A stretch of 64,000 nucleotides of DNA from an uncultured Clostridia bacterium (GTDB lineage Bacteria; Bacillota; Clostridia; TANB77; CAG-508). A model generated the notes under the pieces. The model was not told the origin of the DNA. It saw only the letters and a program-made list of their open reading frames with translations, and searched no databases. The stretch is from assembly GCA_944392665.1 (NCBI GenBank), contig CALXXJ010000003.1, forward strand, positions 3,797 to 67,796, written 5' to 3'. Below are positions 20,951-31,613 of the stretch, piece after piece (positions within the stretch are counted from its first letter, which is position 1; each line of letters opens with the position of its first letter). The translations under genes and the position numbers were made by a program.

Positions 20951-22462
20951 TTGAGAAAGACAAAACTATTTTTTATTAATGGTATTATTTTAACCATAAC
21001 CGCACTTAGCATGCGTGGTATTGGATTAATTTTTAATATATATGTAGCTAATAAAGTAGGTTCTGAAGCTATTGGTATCTTTAGCTTAATTATGTCTGTT
21101 TATAATTTTGCAATTACAGTTGCTACTTCTGGGATTGGAATTGCTTGTACTTGTATTGTTTCAGAGGAATTTGCAAAAGGAAATTATATTACTGGCATTA
21201 AAGCTGTAAAAACCTCTATTATATTTGCTGTATTGTTAGGGTTTCTTTCTTCTGGTCTTGTGATTCTATTTGCCCCTATCATTTCTACTATCTGGTTAAA
21301 AAATATGGTTTCTGAAATTCCTCTTTACCTAATTTCACTAGGACTACCATTGATTTCTGTTTCCTCTGTGATTGGTGGGTATTTTTCTTCTGTTGAAAAA
21401 CCATACAAAAGTGCTATTTCACAAATTTTAGAAACCAGTGTAAAAATCATCGCTACTGTTTGTTTACTGTATTTCAATCCTTCAAAAGATGTAGAATCCA
21501 TTTGTATTTACCTTATCTTAGCTGATGTCATTTCTGAAATATTCTCCTTTAGTTTAAATATCATCTTTTATCTGATTGATAGAAGAAAATACATATCTAA
21601 AAGAAGTTTACCAGTACAGATGAAGAAAAAGATTTTTACGATTGCTTTTCCAATTAGTATCACTTCTTGCATCCGTTCTGGGCTTTCTTCTTTAAAACAA
21701 TTTCTAATTCCAATTCGATTAGAATTGTCCGGCATTTCCTATTCTTTAGCTGTTTCTAACTATGGATTAATTAGTGGAATGGTTATGCCTGTTATTATGT
21801 TTGCAAATGTTTTAATTGGCTCTTTTAGTGGTTTATTAGTTCCAGAATTTTCACGATTGCTTGCTGGTGGAAATTATAATAGACTAAAAACAGTTTGTGA
21901 TACGATTTTTAAAGTTACATTTATTTTTTCTATTTGTGTGACAGGTGTTTTTATTATATTTGCTAATGAAATTAGCCTTATGGTGTATCAATCTATAGAA
22001 GCTGGTAAATGGATAAAAATATTAGCACCTCTTATCTTTTTTATGTATATTGACAATATTATTGATAATATGTTAAAAGGCATCAATGAACAAGTAAGTG
22101 TTATGATTTGTAACATTATTGATTTATTAGTTACTATTTCGATTATCTTTTTTCTTGTTCCGATTATGGGAATGTATGGATATATTTTAAGTATTTTTGT
22201 AAGTGAACTTTTAAATTTTACGATTAGTAGTATTCAACTAAAGAAAAAAATTAATTATTCTGTGAATTTTAAAAAATTTATTATAAGACCTATTTTTGCT
22301 TGTCTAGTGTCTTATTTACTGATTAAACTATTACCTATCACTTTTTCAAATTTTTCATTAAATACCATTATGCAAATTGCCTTATTCATCTTGTTTTATT
22401 TGATTTTTATGATTGTATTTGATAGAAAACGTGTTTATATGAAAATAAAAGAATTTTATTGA
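20951..22462 (+). CDS. MOP-superfamily polysaccharide-biosynthesis flippase (SpoVB/MurJ-like)
   Basis: 503 aa and about 14 TM helices. The N-terminus resembles SpoVB and polysaccharide biosynthesis proteins. It has a TTG start with an AAGGTGA RBS. Confidence 0.5.
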   Translation: MRKTKLFFINGIILTITALSMRGIGLIFNIYVANKVGSEAIGIFSLIMSVYNFAITVATSGIGIACTCIVSEEFAKGNYITGIKAVKTSIIFAVLLGFLSSGLVILFAPIISTIWLKNMVSEIPLYLISLGLPLISVSSVIGGYFSSVEKPYKSAISQILETSVKIIATVCLLYFNPSKDVESICIYLILADVISEIFSFSLNIIFYLIDRRKYISKRSLPVQMKKKIFTIAFPISITSCIRSGLSSLKQFLIPIRLELSGISYSLAVSNYGLISGMVMPVIMFANVLIGSFSGLLVPEFSRLLAGGNYNRLKTVCDTIFKVTFIFSICVTGVFIIFANEISLMVYQSIEAGKWIKILAPLIFFMYIDNIIDNMLKGINEQVSVMICNIIDLLVTISIIFFLVPIMGMYGYILSIFVSELLNFTISSIQLKKKINYSVNFKKFIIRPIFACLVSYLLIKLLPITFSNFSLNTIMQIALFILFYLIFMIVFDRKRVYMKIKEFY

Positions 22463-22535
22463 TTTAAAATCATTTTATAAAATATGTTCAAGCAGAGACT
22501 AAAAAAAGTCTCTACTTGAACTAATGCAATGAATT

Positions 22536-23525
22536 TTACTCTACTCCTGTAGCAATAACTGTAACAACAACTTTGTCATCTAAAGATTCATCTGTAATCG
22601 TTCCAAATACAACATTAGCATCTTCATTAATTAAATCATTAATTTTACCTATACCATCATTAATTTCACTTAATGCCAATTCAGAGTTTCCTCGAACATT
22701 AAAGATAACCCCTTTTGCATTATTAATTTTATTTTCTGTAAGAGCATTGTCGATGGCTTGATTAACTGCATCTATCATTCTGCCTTCTCCTTCGGCCTCT
22801 CCGATTCCCATATAAGCCATTCCTTTATATGTCAACATAGTTGTAATATCTGCAAAATCAACATTAATATCTCCTACTGATGTAATTAAATCTGTAATAC
22901 TTTTGATTCCTTGTTCTAATACATCATCTGCCATTTTAAACGCATTAATGACACTCATCTTTTGAGTTCCAGCAATTTTCAATAATTTATCATTTGAAAT
23001 TAGAATTAAGCTATTAACATGTTGTTTTAATTTTTCAATTCCTGCATCTGCTCTACTTGATCTCAATCTTCCTTCAAAAAGAAATGGTTTTGTAACAATC
23101 GCAATTGTTTGAATTCCCATTTCTTGTGCAATTTCTGCAACTACTGGGATTGCTCCTGTTCCAGTTCCTCCTCCCATTCCTGCTGTTAAGAATAATAATT
23201 GTGTACCTTCTAATAATTTCTTAATATCTTCTTTACTTTCAATTGCTGCTTTTTCTCCCATATCAGGATTAGCTCCTGCTCCTAATCCTTTAGTGGTTTC
23301 TTTTCCAATTTGTAATACATTTTCCATTTTTGTTTTATTTAACATCGCAAGCTCTGTGTTGATAAAATAAAATTCAACATCTTTTACTTTATCTTCAACC
23401 ATTTGTCTAACAGCATTATTGCCACCTCCACCAATTCCAATGACTTTTATTTTTGGGATTGACGTTTTTATTTCTCCATATATATTTCCATAATTGTTTC
23501 CATATTTATTTTCTATTTGTATCAT
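22536..23525 (-). CDS. FtsZ-like tubulin-family GTPase, a paralog without a C-terminal tail
   Basis: [13 protein letters not shown], the GGGTGTG tubulin signature, GLGAGANP and a T7-loop NVDFAD are all present. At 329 aa it ends at the globular core (..VTVIATGVE) with no linker or C-terminal peptide, and it has a 25-aa N-terminal extension. It is monocistronic and outside any dcw cluster. Confidence 0.8.
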   Translation of the reverse strand: MIQIENKYGNNYGNIYGEIKTSIPKIKVIGIGGGGNNAVRQMVEDKVKDVEFYFINTELAMLNKTKMENVLQIGKETTKGLGAGANPDMGEKAAIESKEDIKKLLEGTQLLFLTAGMGGGTGTGAIPVVAEIAQEMGIQTIAIVTKPFLFEGRLRSSRADAGIEKLKQHVNSLILISNDKLLKIAGTQKMSVINAFKMADDVLEQGIKSITDLITSVGDINVDFADITTMLTYKGMAYMGIGEAEGEGRMIDAVNQAIDNALTENKINNAKGVIFNVRGNSELALSEINDGIGKINDLINEDANVVFGTITDESLDDKVVVTVIATGVE

Positions 23526-23757
23526 TTTTACAACCTTCCTTTTCTAATTTACTTTTGTATGTATCGTTTAGTATTATATAGTTTCCTTTTAAAATTTTCA
23601 ATACCAATCTGTACTTTTTTGAAAACTTCATAGATAAATACCAATATTTTATCACATAAACCATACTTAAAGATATTTTTACGAAAATTTGTTTTTAAAA
23701 ACTATTGCATTTTAATTTTTTGAATGATATAATCGTACATATGTTTGGAGGTATGTT

Positions 23758-25056
23758 ATGGATATTTTTGATAAATTAAAAATACTTGCTGATTCTGCTA
23801 AATATGATGCTTCTTGCAGTTCTAGTGGTAGTGATCGAAAAAATATAAACAATGGAATTGGAAATGGCCATGTTTCTGGTATTTGTCATAGCTGGGGTGC
23901 AGATGGTAGATGCATTTCTCTTTTAAAAATTTTATTTACAAATGCCTGTATGTATGATTGCAAATATTGTATTAATCGCTCTTCCAATTCTGTACCTAGA
24001 GCTACCTTTACGCCTCGTGAAGTTGCAGATTTAACCATTCATTTTTATAAACGAAATTACATAGAAGGACTATTTTTAAGTTCAGCAGTTATCAAATCTC
24101 CTGATTATACAATGGAAAGATTAGTTGAAACAGCATCTATACTAAGGAATGAATATCATTTTAATGGATATATTCACTGTAAAACTATTCCTGGTTGTAG
24201 TCAAGAATTAATTGATAAATTAGGGGTTTTAGTAGACAGGATGAGTATTAATATAGAACTTCCTTCAAATGATAGTTTGAAATTATTAGCGCCACAAAAA
24301 GAAAAAGATGGAATTTTAAAACCAATGACCTATATTTCCAATACCCTAAAATTAAATAAAATGGATAAATCGAAATATAAAAAGAAATTTGTTCCAGCAG
24401 GTCAAACTACACAATTAATGGTTGGTGCTACACCTGAAACAGATTTAAAAATATTAAAACTTTCTGAAGGAATGTATAAATCTTTAAAACTAAAAAGAGT
24501 CTATTATTCTGCTTATGTTTCTATTAATAATGATAAAAACTTACCTACTTTAGAAAAGCCTCCCCTTTTGAGGGAAAATAGACTTTATCAAGCAGATTGG
24601 CTACTTCGATTTTATGGATTTCAAGCAGATGAATTATTAAATGAAGAACATCCAAATTTCAACACTTTATTAGACCCTAAATGTGATTGGGCTTTAAGAA
24701 ATTTAGATAAATTCCCAATAGAAATCAATACTGCCAATTATCACACTTTACTTAGAATTCCTGGAATTGGTGTCATTAGTGCCAAGAAAATTATTACTGC
24801 TAGAAGAGAATTCTTGTTAGATTTTGAAAGTCTAAAAAAATTAGGTGTTGTCTTAAAAAGAGCACAATATTTTATAACTTGCAAAGGAAAATATTTTTAT
24901 GAAGTCAATAAATTTAACAAAAAATTTATTGAAACCAATTTATTATATACTGAAAGAAACACCATTCCACAAAAGAAATTTGAACAATTATCTATGTTTG
25001 ATACATTGTTACCTACAAAGGAGGATAAAATAAAATGTCTAACTGGAAGCTTGTAA
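23758..25056 (+). CDS. putative DNA modification/repair radical SAM protein (TIGR03916-like) with a C-terminal HhH
   Basis: CxxxCxxC (CMYDCKYC), an N-terminal Cys cluster and an HhH (LLRIPGIGVISAKKI). It forms a conserved pair with the downstream gene. Confidence 0.7.
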   Translation: MDIFDKLKILADSAKYDASCSSSGSDRKNINNGIGNGHVSGICHSWGADGRCISLLKILFTNACMYDCKYCINRSSNSVPRATFTPREVADLTIHFYKRNYIEGLFLSSAVIKSPDYTMERLVETASILRNEYHFNGYIHCKTIPGCSQELIDKLGVLVDRMSINIELPSNDSLKLLAPQKEKDGILKPMTYISNTLKLNKMDKSKYKKKFVPAGQTTQLMVGATPETDLKILKLSEGMYKSLKLKRVYYSAYVSINNDKNLPTLEKPPLLRENRLYQADWLLRFYGFQADELLNEEHPNFNTLLDPKCDWALRNLDKFPIEINTANYHTLLRIPGIGVISAKKIITARREFLLDFESLKKLGVVLKRAQYFITCKGKYFYEVNKFNKKFIETNLLYTERNTIPQKKFEQLSMFDTLLPTKEDKIKCLTGSL

Positions 25057-25793
25057 ACACAACCTATTTATATGATGGTACATTTGATGGATTATTAACC
25101 ATTGTTTTTGAGAGCTATTCTCATAAAACATTACCACAAAAAATTGTTTCAGAGGAGGAATATACACAAAATTTTTTAGATAAAACACAATATATAAATA
25201 CCAATTATGAAAAGGCAAAACGTGTTTTTGAAGGAATCAACAAAAATATTTGCTATGAAGCTTTATATAATAGTTTTTATGCTTTTTTATCAGATGGAAA
25301 AGAAAAAGAAATTAAAATTTTAAAATATTTATGTGATGGGTTTGACATTGGTCCTAAAATTAACACCATGCTTACTATTTCTTATGTCTTTTCTGTTATT
25401 AATATGAGAAAAAGAGCTTTATCAGAATGCCATAAGTTAAAAGGATTGCTTCGATTTATGGAAATTGGAGAAAATCTATATTATGCTTCTATTCATCCAG
25501 ATAATAATATCATAGAACCTTTAGGACATCACTTTATTAGAAGGCTACCTACACAAAACTTTATCATACACGATAAAAATAGAAATATTTGTTTTTTATA
25601 CAATACACAAGAATACAAAATTATTGATAGTACTAATTTAACAATTCCTGATATTACTGAAGAAGAACAAAAATATCAAGAACTTTGGAAACTATTTTTC
25701 AAAACCATTGCCATACAAGAAAGAAAAAATACTAGATGTCAAATACAGTTTATGCCTAAAAAATATTGGCAAGATTTAATTGAAGAACCATAA
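25035..25793 (+). CDS. TIGR03915/DUF4130-family putative DNA-metabolism protein, partner of the radical SAM protein
   Basis: 252 aa, overlapping the upstream gene by 22 nt (translational coupling). This is the canonical pair arrangement. Confidence 0.6.
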   Translation: MSNWKLVNTTYLYDGTFDGLLTIVFESYSHKTLPQKIVSEEEYTQNFLDKTQYINTNYEKAKRVFEGINKNICYEALYNSFYAFLSDGKEKEIKILKYLCDGFDIGPKINTMLTISYVFSVINMRKRALSECHKLKGLLRFMEIGENLYYASIHPDNNIIEPLGHHFIRRLPTQNFIIHDKNRNICFLYNTQEYKIIDSTNLTIPDITEEEQKYQELWKLFFKTIAIQERKNTRCQIQFMPKKYWQDLIEEP

Positions 25794-25795
25794 AA

Positions 25796-25824
25796 TTGCC
25801 AAAGGGGACATGCCATTTTGGCAA
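25796..25824 (+). repeat. hairpin repeat family 2 (TTGCCAAAGGGGACATGCCATTTTGGCAA), terminator for the radical-SAM pair
   Basis: Self-complementary 9-bp stem followed by CTTTTC. Confidence 0.6.
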
Positions 25825-25911
25825 CTTTTCTTAAATAAGTTTTAAGTCAATCAGAAATTTATAAAATTTTAAATTTTTGATTGACTTTTATTAATTGATT
25901 AAAATTAAGGG

Positions 25912-25940
25912 TTGCCAAAATGGCACGTCCCCTTTGGCAA
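25912..25940 (-). repeat. hairpin repeat family 2, inverted copy (TTGCCAAAATGGCACGTCCCCTTTGGCAA), abutting the permease stop
   Basis: Reverse complement of the 25796 copy with one mismatch. Another palindrome (AGTCAATCAGAAATTT..AAATTTTTGATTGACT) is nested between the copies. Confidence 0.6.
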
Positions 25941-25943
25941 CTT

Positions 25944-28535
25944 TTAAATATTTTCTTTTCTAATGGTTTCAATAATATTCTGATTTTTAGTTTTCTTAAC
26001 AGCATATCGCATCGTCATAAAGATAATGGCAAATACAAATATAATAGAAATCAAAATTGGTATTATAGGAAGTTCATAATCTGTTGTATAGACATCTGCT
26101 GTAACTGTATAGATTAGATAAGATAATGCAACACCTACTGGCAATCCAAATATAAGTGCTTTTAAGCCATATATAAAACTTTCATAATGAATCATTCTCT
26201 TAAATTCTTTGTTTGTCATACCTATAGATTTTAATATGGCAAATTCTCTATTTCTAAGTGCCATATTAGTAGTTATCGTATTAAATATATTAGTTACACC
26301 AATAACGCTAATCACAGCTATAAATCCATATATAAATATCGATACAATTAGATTCATATTTCTTGCTGCTCTTACATCCTCTTCTGTATTATAAATATTA
26401 TCTTGATTGGTTTTATCAATTTCTACAATTTCTTCTTGTAATTTATATGGATCTTCTGCATTTATATGCATAGCAACAACATTATGTTCAAAGTTTTCCA
26501 TCATTTCATCTGAGATAATAATAATCGGATGTGTATCTTCTTGAAAAGATAGGCCTAATGGATATTTATCTGCTCTTTTAGCAATTTTAATACTTCCTTT
26601 TTCTGTTAAATTTCCTTCTTCATCTTGCATTTTATAATATTCTAATGTATCTCCCGCATTTAAATTCGTTAGATTTGTTTCTACTCGTTTGACACCATCT
26701 CTTCCCTCTTCATATTCATATAAAATTCTTGTATCAGAAAGAATTGCTTCATCTTTTACTTCATCATAATTTAATCCTAATTCTGCTACATAATTTCTAT
26801 AAGCTTCATCACCAAGTGAATAAATAATAAGTATGGTATTCACTTCTTCTGAATAATATTCTAATGCTTCCTCTGTATATATATCAGGATTATCCATATG
26901 TACATATGTATCTTTTAAAATCATATATTCTTTGATTCCATCTAAATTTTTAATCTTATCAAAATAGGCTTCTGTATCTTCTTCATATTGATTACTATAT
27001 ACTGTTAAATTAATCCTAGATTCTTGATACTCTAAAGAAGATACTCCAAATACACTTTCTGCAAAGGCATTCATAGAGATAAATAAGACAATACTTAGAA
27101 ATATGGAAAATATAGTTGTTCTATATCTTTTTCTACTTCTTCTAAAATTCTTTCTGGCAATCACACCTTCTATTCCAAATAATTTTTTCGTTAGTTTATA
27201 TTCCTTATGTTTATGCTTATTCTTTTTTACTTTTACATCTGAACTTTCTCTTATGGCATCAATTGGTGAAATTTTTCCTGCTCGATAACTTGGTCTAATT
27301 AGTGAGATGATAATCATAACAATGGATACAATGATTGCAACGATAATTGCTCCCCATGATATGGTTAACTGTAATTCAAAATTATCAATTAATGGTGTAC
27401 TTCCTGAATTGATAATTCCATTAACAATTGCTAACACGATTCCTATTGCTACAATTCCTATCACAATTCCTAATGGTATAGAAATTAGACCTAATACAGC
27501 ACCTTCAAAAAGGATACTTTTTCTAATTTGTTTTGCCGTTGCTCCTACACTTGCTATCATTCCTAATTCTCTTGTTTTTTCTGTAAGAGATATACTAAAA
27601 CTATTCTTGATAACAAAGGCAGAAGTGAAAACAATAATACCAATTACAATCACTAACATAGTTATCACAAAAGTTTCTACTCTATCACTTTTGAAAATTC
27701 CCATGTAATATAATAAATCTTGGTTTTCAGAAATATTTGTCTCGTCAATTTGTAAATCATTTTTCAAATAATCTTCAAAGTCATATACTTCTGTTGGATC
27801 TTTTAATATAATAGACATATTTACATTTCTGGTATCATCAATCTTGTCTAATTTTGTTATCATGGTATACCCTGGAGCAGAATAACTCTCACTATTTAAT
27901 CGTTCCATGATACCTACAATTGTATATGTTTTTTTGGTACTTGCAACAAATGTTTCTTGTTCTAAATCATCTTCAATTCCACTTTCTTTTCTATCTAATC
28001 TATCTTGGTCTGTATAATATGGATTGGTTTGATTTAATATATATTCTCCTTTATATCGATTACCAATATCAAATTCTATGGTATCACCAACATTCCACTC
28101 TACTTTTCCATTTTGAATAACATGTTCTGGTATCACAATCTCATTTTCATTTTCTGGTAATCTTCCTTCTAATAAAACAATTCCTCCATTTTGCAAAAGT
28201 TTTTCATCATATCCTTCAATATAGGCATAAGGTTTGTTTTCATTTTGAGATTCTTCTAATGGTGCATATCCAATCTCTTGTGATATTTGTAATTCCTCTA
28301 TTTTTGCATTATTCTCCAAATATTTTTCATTTTCTTTTGATACATCTTGTATACGAATATGATAATTTCCATTTGTTTTAATTTCTCTTTCTAGCATTGT
28401 TTTTTGAATACTAACTGTAAATGTAGTGATTGCACATATTAAAGCAACAGAAAGAGAAATTCCAATAATGGTAACAATGGTTCTTTTTTTATTCAATTTT
28501 AAATTTTTCAGTGTCAATGTATTTAAAATTTTCAT
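25944..28535 (-). CDS. FtsX-family ABC transporter permease (BceB/MacB-like) with a large extracytoplasmic domain
   Basis: 863 aa with N- and C-terminal FtsX 4-TM bundles flanking a large extracytoplasmic domain. Confidence 0.8.
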   Translation of the reverse strand: MKILNTLTLKNLKLNKKRTIVTIIGISLSVALICAITTFTVSIQKTMLEREIKTNGNYHIRIQDVSKENEKYLENNAKIEELQISQEIGYAPLEESQNENKPYAYIEGYDEKLLQNGGIVLLEGRLPENENEIVIPEHVIQNGKVEWNVGDTIEFDIGNRYKGEYILNQTNPYYTDQDRLDRKESGIEDDLEQETFVASTKKTYTIVGIMERLNSESYSAPGYTMITKLDKIDDTRNVNMSIILKDPTEVYDFEDYLKNDLQIDETNISENQDLLYYMGIFKSDRVETFVITMLVIVIGIIVFTSAFVIKNSFSISLTEKTRELGMIASVGATAKQIRKSILFEGAVLGLISIPLGIVIGIVAIGIVLAIVNGIINSGSTPLIDNFELQLTISWGAIIVAIIVSIVMIIISLIRPSYRAGKISPIDAIRESSDVKVKKNKHKHKEYKLTKKLFGIEGVIARKNFRRSRKRYRTTIFSIFLSIVLFISMNAFAESVFGVSSLEYQESRINLTVYSNQYEEDTEAYFDKIKNLDGIKEYMILKDTYVHMDNPDIYTEEALEYYSEEVNTILIIYSLGDEAYRNYVAELGLNYDEVKDEAILSDTRILYEYEEGRDGVKRVETNLTNLNAGDTLEYYKMQDEEGNLTEKGSIKIAKRADKYPLGLSFQEDTHPIIIISDEMMENFEHNVVAMHINAEDPYKLQEEIVEIDKTNQDNIYNTEEDVRAARNMNLIVSIFIYGFIAVISVIGVTNIFNTITTNMALRNREFAILKSIGMTNKEFKRMIHYESFIYGLKALIFGLPVGVALSYLIYTVTADVYTTDYELPIIPILISIIFVFAIIFMTMRYAVKKTKNQNIIETIRKENI

Positions 28536-28564
28536 TTTATTTCACTTCCTTTTCAAGCATCCCT

Positions 28565-29251
28565 TTATTTTATTTTCTCATCACTAATTAACTTTCCATC
28601 TTGTATTGTAATAATTCTATCTGCTTCTAGAGCAATATTTTCATCATGTGTAATCACAATTAAAGTTTGATTATATTTCTGATTCGATACTTTTAATAAA
28701 TCAATAATTTCTCTTGAAACTTTACTATCCAAATTTCCAGTTGGTTCATCTGCTAATACAATACTTGGATGATTAATCATAGCCCTTCCAATGGAAACTC
28801 TTTGTTGTTGTCCTCCTGATAACTCATTTGGTAAGTGATTAATTCTTTTTTCTAGTCCAAGGATATATAACAATTCATTTAATCGCTTTTCATCTACCTT
28901 TTGCCCATCTAAATCACATGGCAATGTAATATTTTCTTTTACATTTAGTATAGGAATTAAGTTGTAAAATTGATAGATAAGTCCCACTTGTCTTCTTCTG
29001 AAAATTGCTAAATTATCATTATTTAAAGAATAGATATCTGTTCCATTAATGTATACCTTTCCACTTGTTGGTTTATCTACCCCTCCGATTAAATGTAATA
29101 AGGTGGATTTTCCACTTCCAGAAGCACCTACAATCGCTACAAATTCTCCTTTTTTCACACTAAAAGACACATTGTCTAATGCAACAACCTCTGTATCTTT
29201 TTTACCATATTTTTTAGTTAGATTTTCTACTTTTAATATTTCCATAAACAA
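28565..29251 (-). CDS. ABC transporter ATP-binding protein (BceA/MacB-type)
   Basis: Walker A GASGSGKST, signature LSGGQQQRV and Walker B VLADEPTGNLD. Confidence 0.9.
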   Translation of the reverse strand: MFMEILKVENLTKKYGKKDTEVVALDNVSFSVKKGEFVAIVGASGSGKSTLLHLIGGVDKPTSGKVYINGTDIYSLNNDNLAIFRRRQVGLIYQFYNLIPILNVKENITLPCDLDGQKVDEKRLNELLYILGLEKRINHLPNELSGGQQQRVSIGRAMINHPSIVLADEPTGNLDSKVSREIIDLLKVSNQKYNQTLIVITHDENIALEADRIITIQDGKLISDEKIK

Positions 29252-29539
29252 TCTCCTTTCTTTAATTAAGTAAAACAGGTCAAATCTCGCTTCTTTATGA
29301 CTTTTCTTATTTATCTACTTGCTTTTTAATTATAAAAGAAACATAAAGATTTGTTGGCATAAAAAATTACTTTTTGCTATTTAATAAAAATGTCACTTTT
29401 ATTGTTAGTATTATATTACTACATAAAAGTGACTCTAAAATGACTTTAAAAAAAGAAGAGAATTTTTAAGAAATTCTTAATAAATTCCTCTTCTGATTTT
29501 ATTATAAAAAAATTTGTACGTTGAAATATTTGATTTCAT

Positions 29540-30775
29540 TTATTCATGCCTTTCTTGTAATTTATACAATTTAATCACAAATTCCGTCCAACTATCTTTT
29601 TCCTTCTTAGAACTTTTTACACGAATATCTCCATCTTGGTTTCTAATAATACTTTTGCAAAAAGCAAGTCCAATGCCTAAACTACTTTCTTTACTATTTT
29701 TTGCTTTATAAAATCTATCAAAAATATGTCCTAAATCTTCTTTGTCAATACCTTCTCCATCATCTTTTATACTTATTTTCGTATACATGGTATTTTCTTC
29801 GATTTTTATTGTTATCGTTTTCGCACCATGCTCGATTGCATTTTTTACAATATTATTCATGGCTTCTATTGTCCATTTTTTGTCACAGTTTATTGTTTCT
29901 TCTTTATTAGATACAATTTCTATATCCGCATCATTTATCTCACACATAGCTTTAAAATTGTTTTTCACTTCCAAACATAAATGATATGCGTTTTCATTCT
30001 TTTTGTCTAAAATCAGTGTTTTCGAGTCTAATTTGGCTATATTTAAAACAGTTTTTATTAACCAATTAATTTTTTCCAATTCTTTTTGACTACTATCTAA
30101 AAATTCTTTTTTCTTTTCTTCTGGTAAATCTGTATATAAAATGTCATTGATTAGATTTAAAGAAGTCAGTGGTGTTTTCAATTGATGAGAAATATCTGCT
30201 ATTAATTTTTCAATATCTTTATTATTTTTTTCTAGTAAACTATTTTTTTCTTTCAACATAATGGTCATATCATAAATATCATTTTTTAATCTACTAAAAT
30301 CACTTTCATCTTGTTCTTTTAAATCTATGATATAGTTTCCTTTTAATATTTCTTTACAATAGGCATCTAAATCTTTTAACTTCTGATTTTGTTTTCGGAT
30401 ATAAATAGTATATATACATATGACACCTAAAGTTGCTAAGATAAAGAAAATAGAAAATAAAATAATTAATTTATAGATAATTTCAAACTGAGCATTTTCT
30501 ATGTCAATATTTCCAGCATTAAATCCATATTTACTTAAAATATCTTCTACCTTTTCATGGCTTTCCTGGCTATTTAGAAATATATCTTGTATCATTTTTT
30601 CTTCTTGCTCAGGATATTCTTCTACAATTTTTGCTATTACTTGATTTGTATAATCATATAAACTTTCTTTATAGTTTTTTTGTATATAATAAATAGTAAA
30701 TATGGTTAACAATATGATGGCTACTAATAGCATGATAATATAGATATATAAATTTCTTTTTTGTTTTGTATTCAT
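29540..30775 (-). CDS. sensor histidine kinase (two TM helices, HisKA plus HATPase_c)
   Basis: H-box (ISHQLKTPLTS) with N, G1 and G2 boxes. The ORF-track start at 30838 reads through a REP repeat (MSQTETSPKG..). The likely true start is the downstream ATG at 30773-30775 (MNTKQKRNLYIYIIMLL..). Confidence 0.75.
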   Translation of the reverse strand: MNTKQKRNLYIYIIMLLVAIILLTIFTIYYIQKNYKESLYDYTNQVIAKIVEEYPEQEEKMIQDIFLNSQESHEKVEDILSKYGFNAGNIDIENAQFEIIYKLIILFSIFFILATLGVICIYTIYIRKQNQKLKDLDAYCKEILKGNYIIDLKEQDESDFSRLKNDIYDMTIMLKEKNSLLEKNNKDIEKLIADISHQLKTPLTSLNLINDILYTDLPEEKKKEFLDSSQKELEKINWLIKTVLNIAKLDSKTLILDKKNENAYHLCLEVKNNFKAMCEINDADIEIVSNKEETINCDKKWTIEAMNNIVKNAIEHGAKTITIKIEENTMYTKISIKDDGEGIDKEDLGHIFDRFYKAKNSKESSLGIGLAFCKSIIRNQDGDIRVKSSKKEKDSWTEFVIKLYKLQERHE

Positions 30776-30806
30776 ATTTCTCCTTTTGTCCTTTTGAAAT
30801 TGTTTC

Positions 30807-30838
30807 TGTCCTTTTGGGGACGTTTCTGTTTGGGACAT
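30807..30838 (+). repeat. REP-like repeat, copy C, in the response regulator-to-kinase spacer
   Basis: Exact 32-mer. A partial duplication (TGTCCTTTTG...GTTTCTG) lies just upstream at 30786-30806. Confidence 0.75.
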
Positions 30839-30923
30839 TTTTATGTAAATCTTTCTGTATGATTCATAAATCTATGGTAATAACTGTCCCTTGGAATCAA
30901 TTTTTAAACAATTTAGTACGTCC

Positions 30924-31602
30924 CTATCGTTCAATCTTGTAACCTAATCCTCTGACTGTTTTAATAATTTCTGGTTTATTAGGATCGTTTTCTATTTTTT
31001 CTCGAATTCTTTTAATATATACTGTTAAGGTATTATCGTTTACGAAGTTTTCTTCATTATCCCAGATATAAGATAATATTTGCTCTCTTGTTATAATTTT
31101 TCCTCTGTTTTCAAATAGCATTACTAAAATCTTGTATTCTAATGCTGTTAATTCTAATTCTTGGTTATCTTTTAATACTTTTCCGTGTTGTATAATTGAT
31201 TTCTACATTTTTAATTTTTATTGTTTCTTCTTTTTCTTTCTTTACATTATGTCTTAATACATTTTTTATCCTAGATAATAATTCTCCTGCATGAAATGGT
31301 TTGGTAATATAATCATCTGCTCCTAAGTCAAATCCTTTTACTATATCTTTTTCTTCATCTAATGCTGTTAAAAATATAGTCGGAATTTCTTGTATGTTTT
31401 TCATTTTTTGATATAAATCATATCCTGTACCATCTGGTAAATTAATATCTAACAACATTAAGTCATAATCATTGTTTTCGATTTTTTCAATACCTTCTTT
31501 TACAGTTTTTGCTGTATGAATAACAAATCCCTCTGATTGTAAATAATAAGAAACGGTATTTGATATATTTTTATCATCTTCTATTAATAATATTTTTAAC
31601 AT
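30924..31602 (-). pseudogene. OmpR-family response regulator, frameshifted in a homopolymer (T4 at 31179-31182)
   Basis: The receiver domain (31165..31602) and the winged-helix domain (30924..31121) are in different frames. Removing one A from GAAAAG restores ..NYTTRKVLKDNQELELTALEYKILVMLFENRG.. Confidence 0.7.
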
Positions 31603-31613
31603 ACTCTATTTTC

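Noticed and set aside
25920-26117. 65-aa ORF (MARPLWQLLNIF...) starting inside the family 2 hairpin
   Set aside because: It is antisense to the C-terminus of the FtsX permease and starts within a terminator hairpin.
30776-30838. N-terminal extension of the histidine kinase (MSQTETSPKGQKQFQKDKRRN)
   Set aside because: It is the same repeat-derived peptide as above. The real start is probably the downstream ATG at 30773-30775, which precedes the first TM helix.
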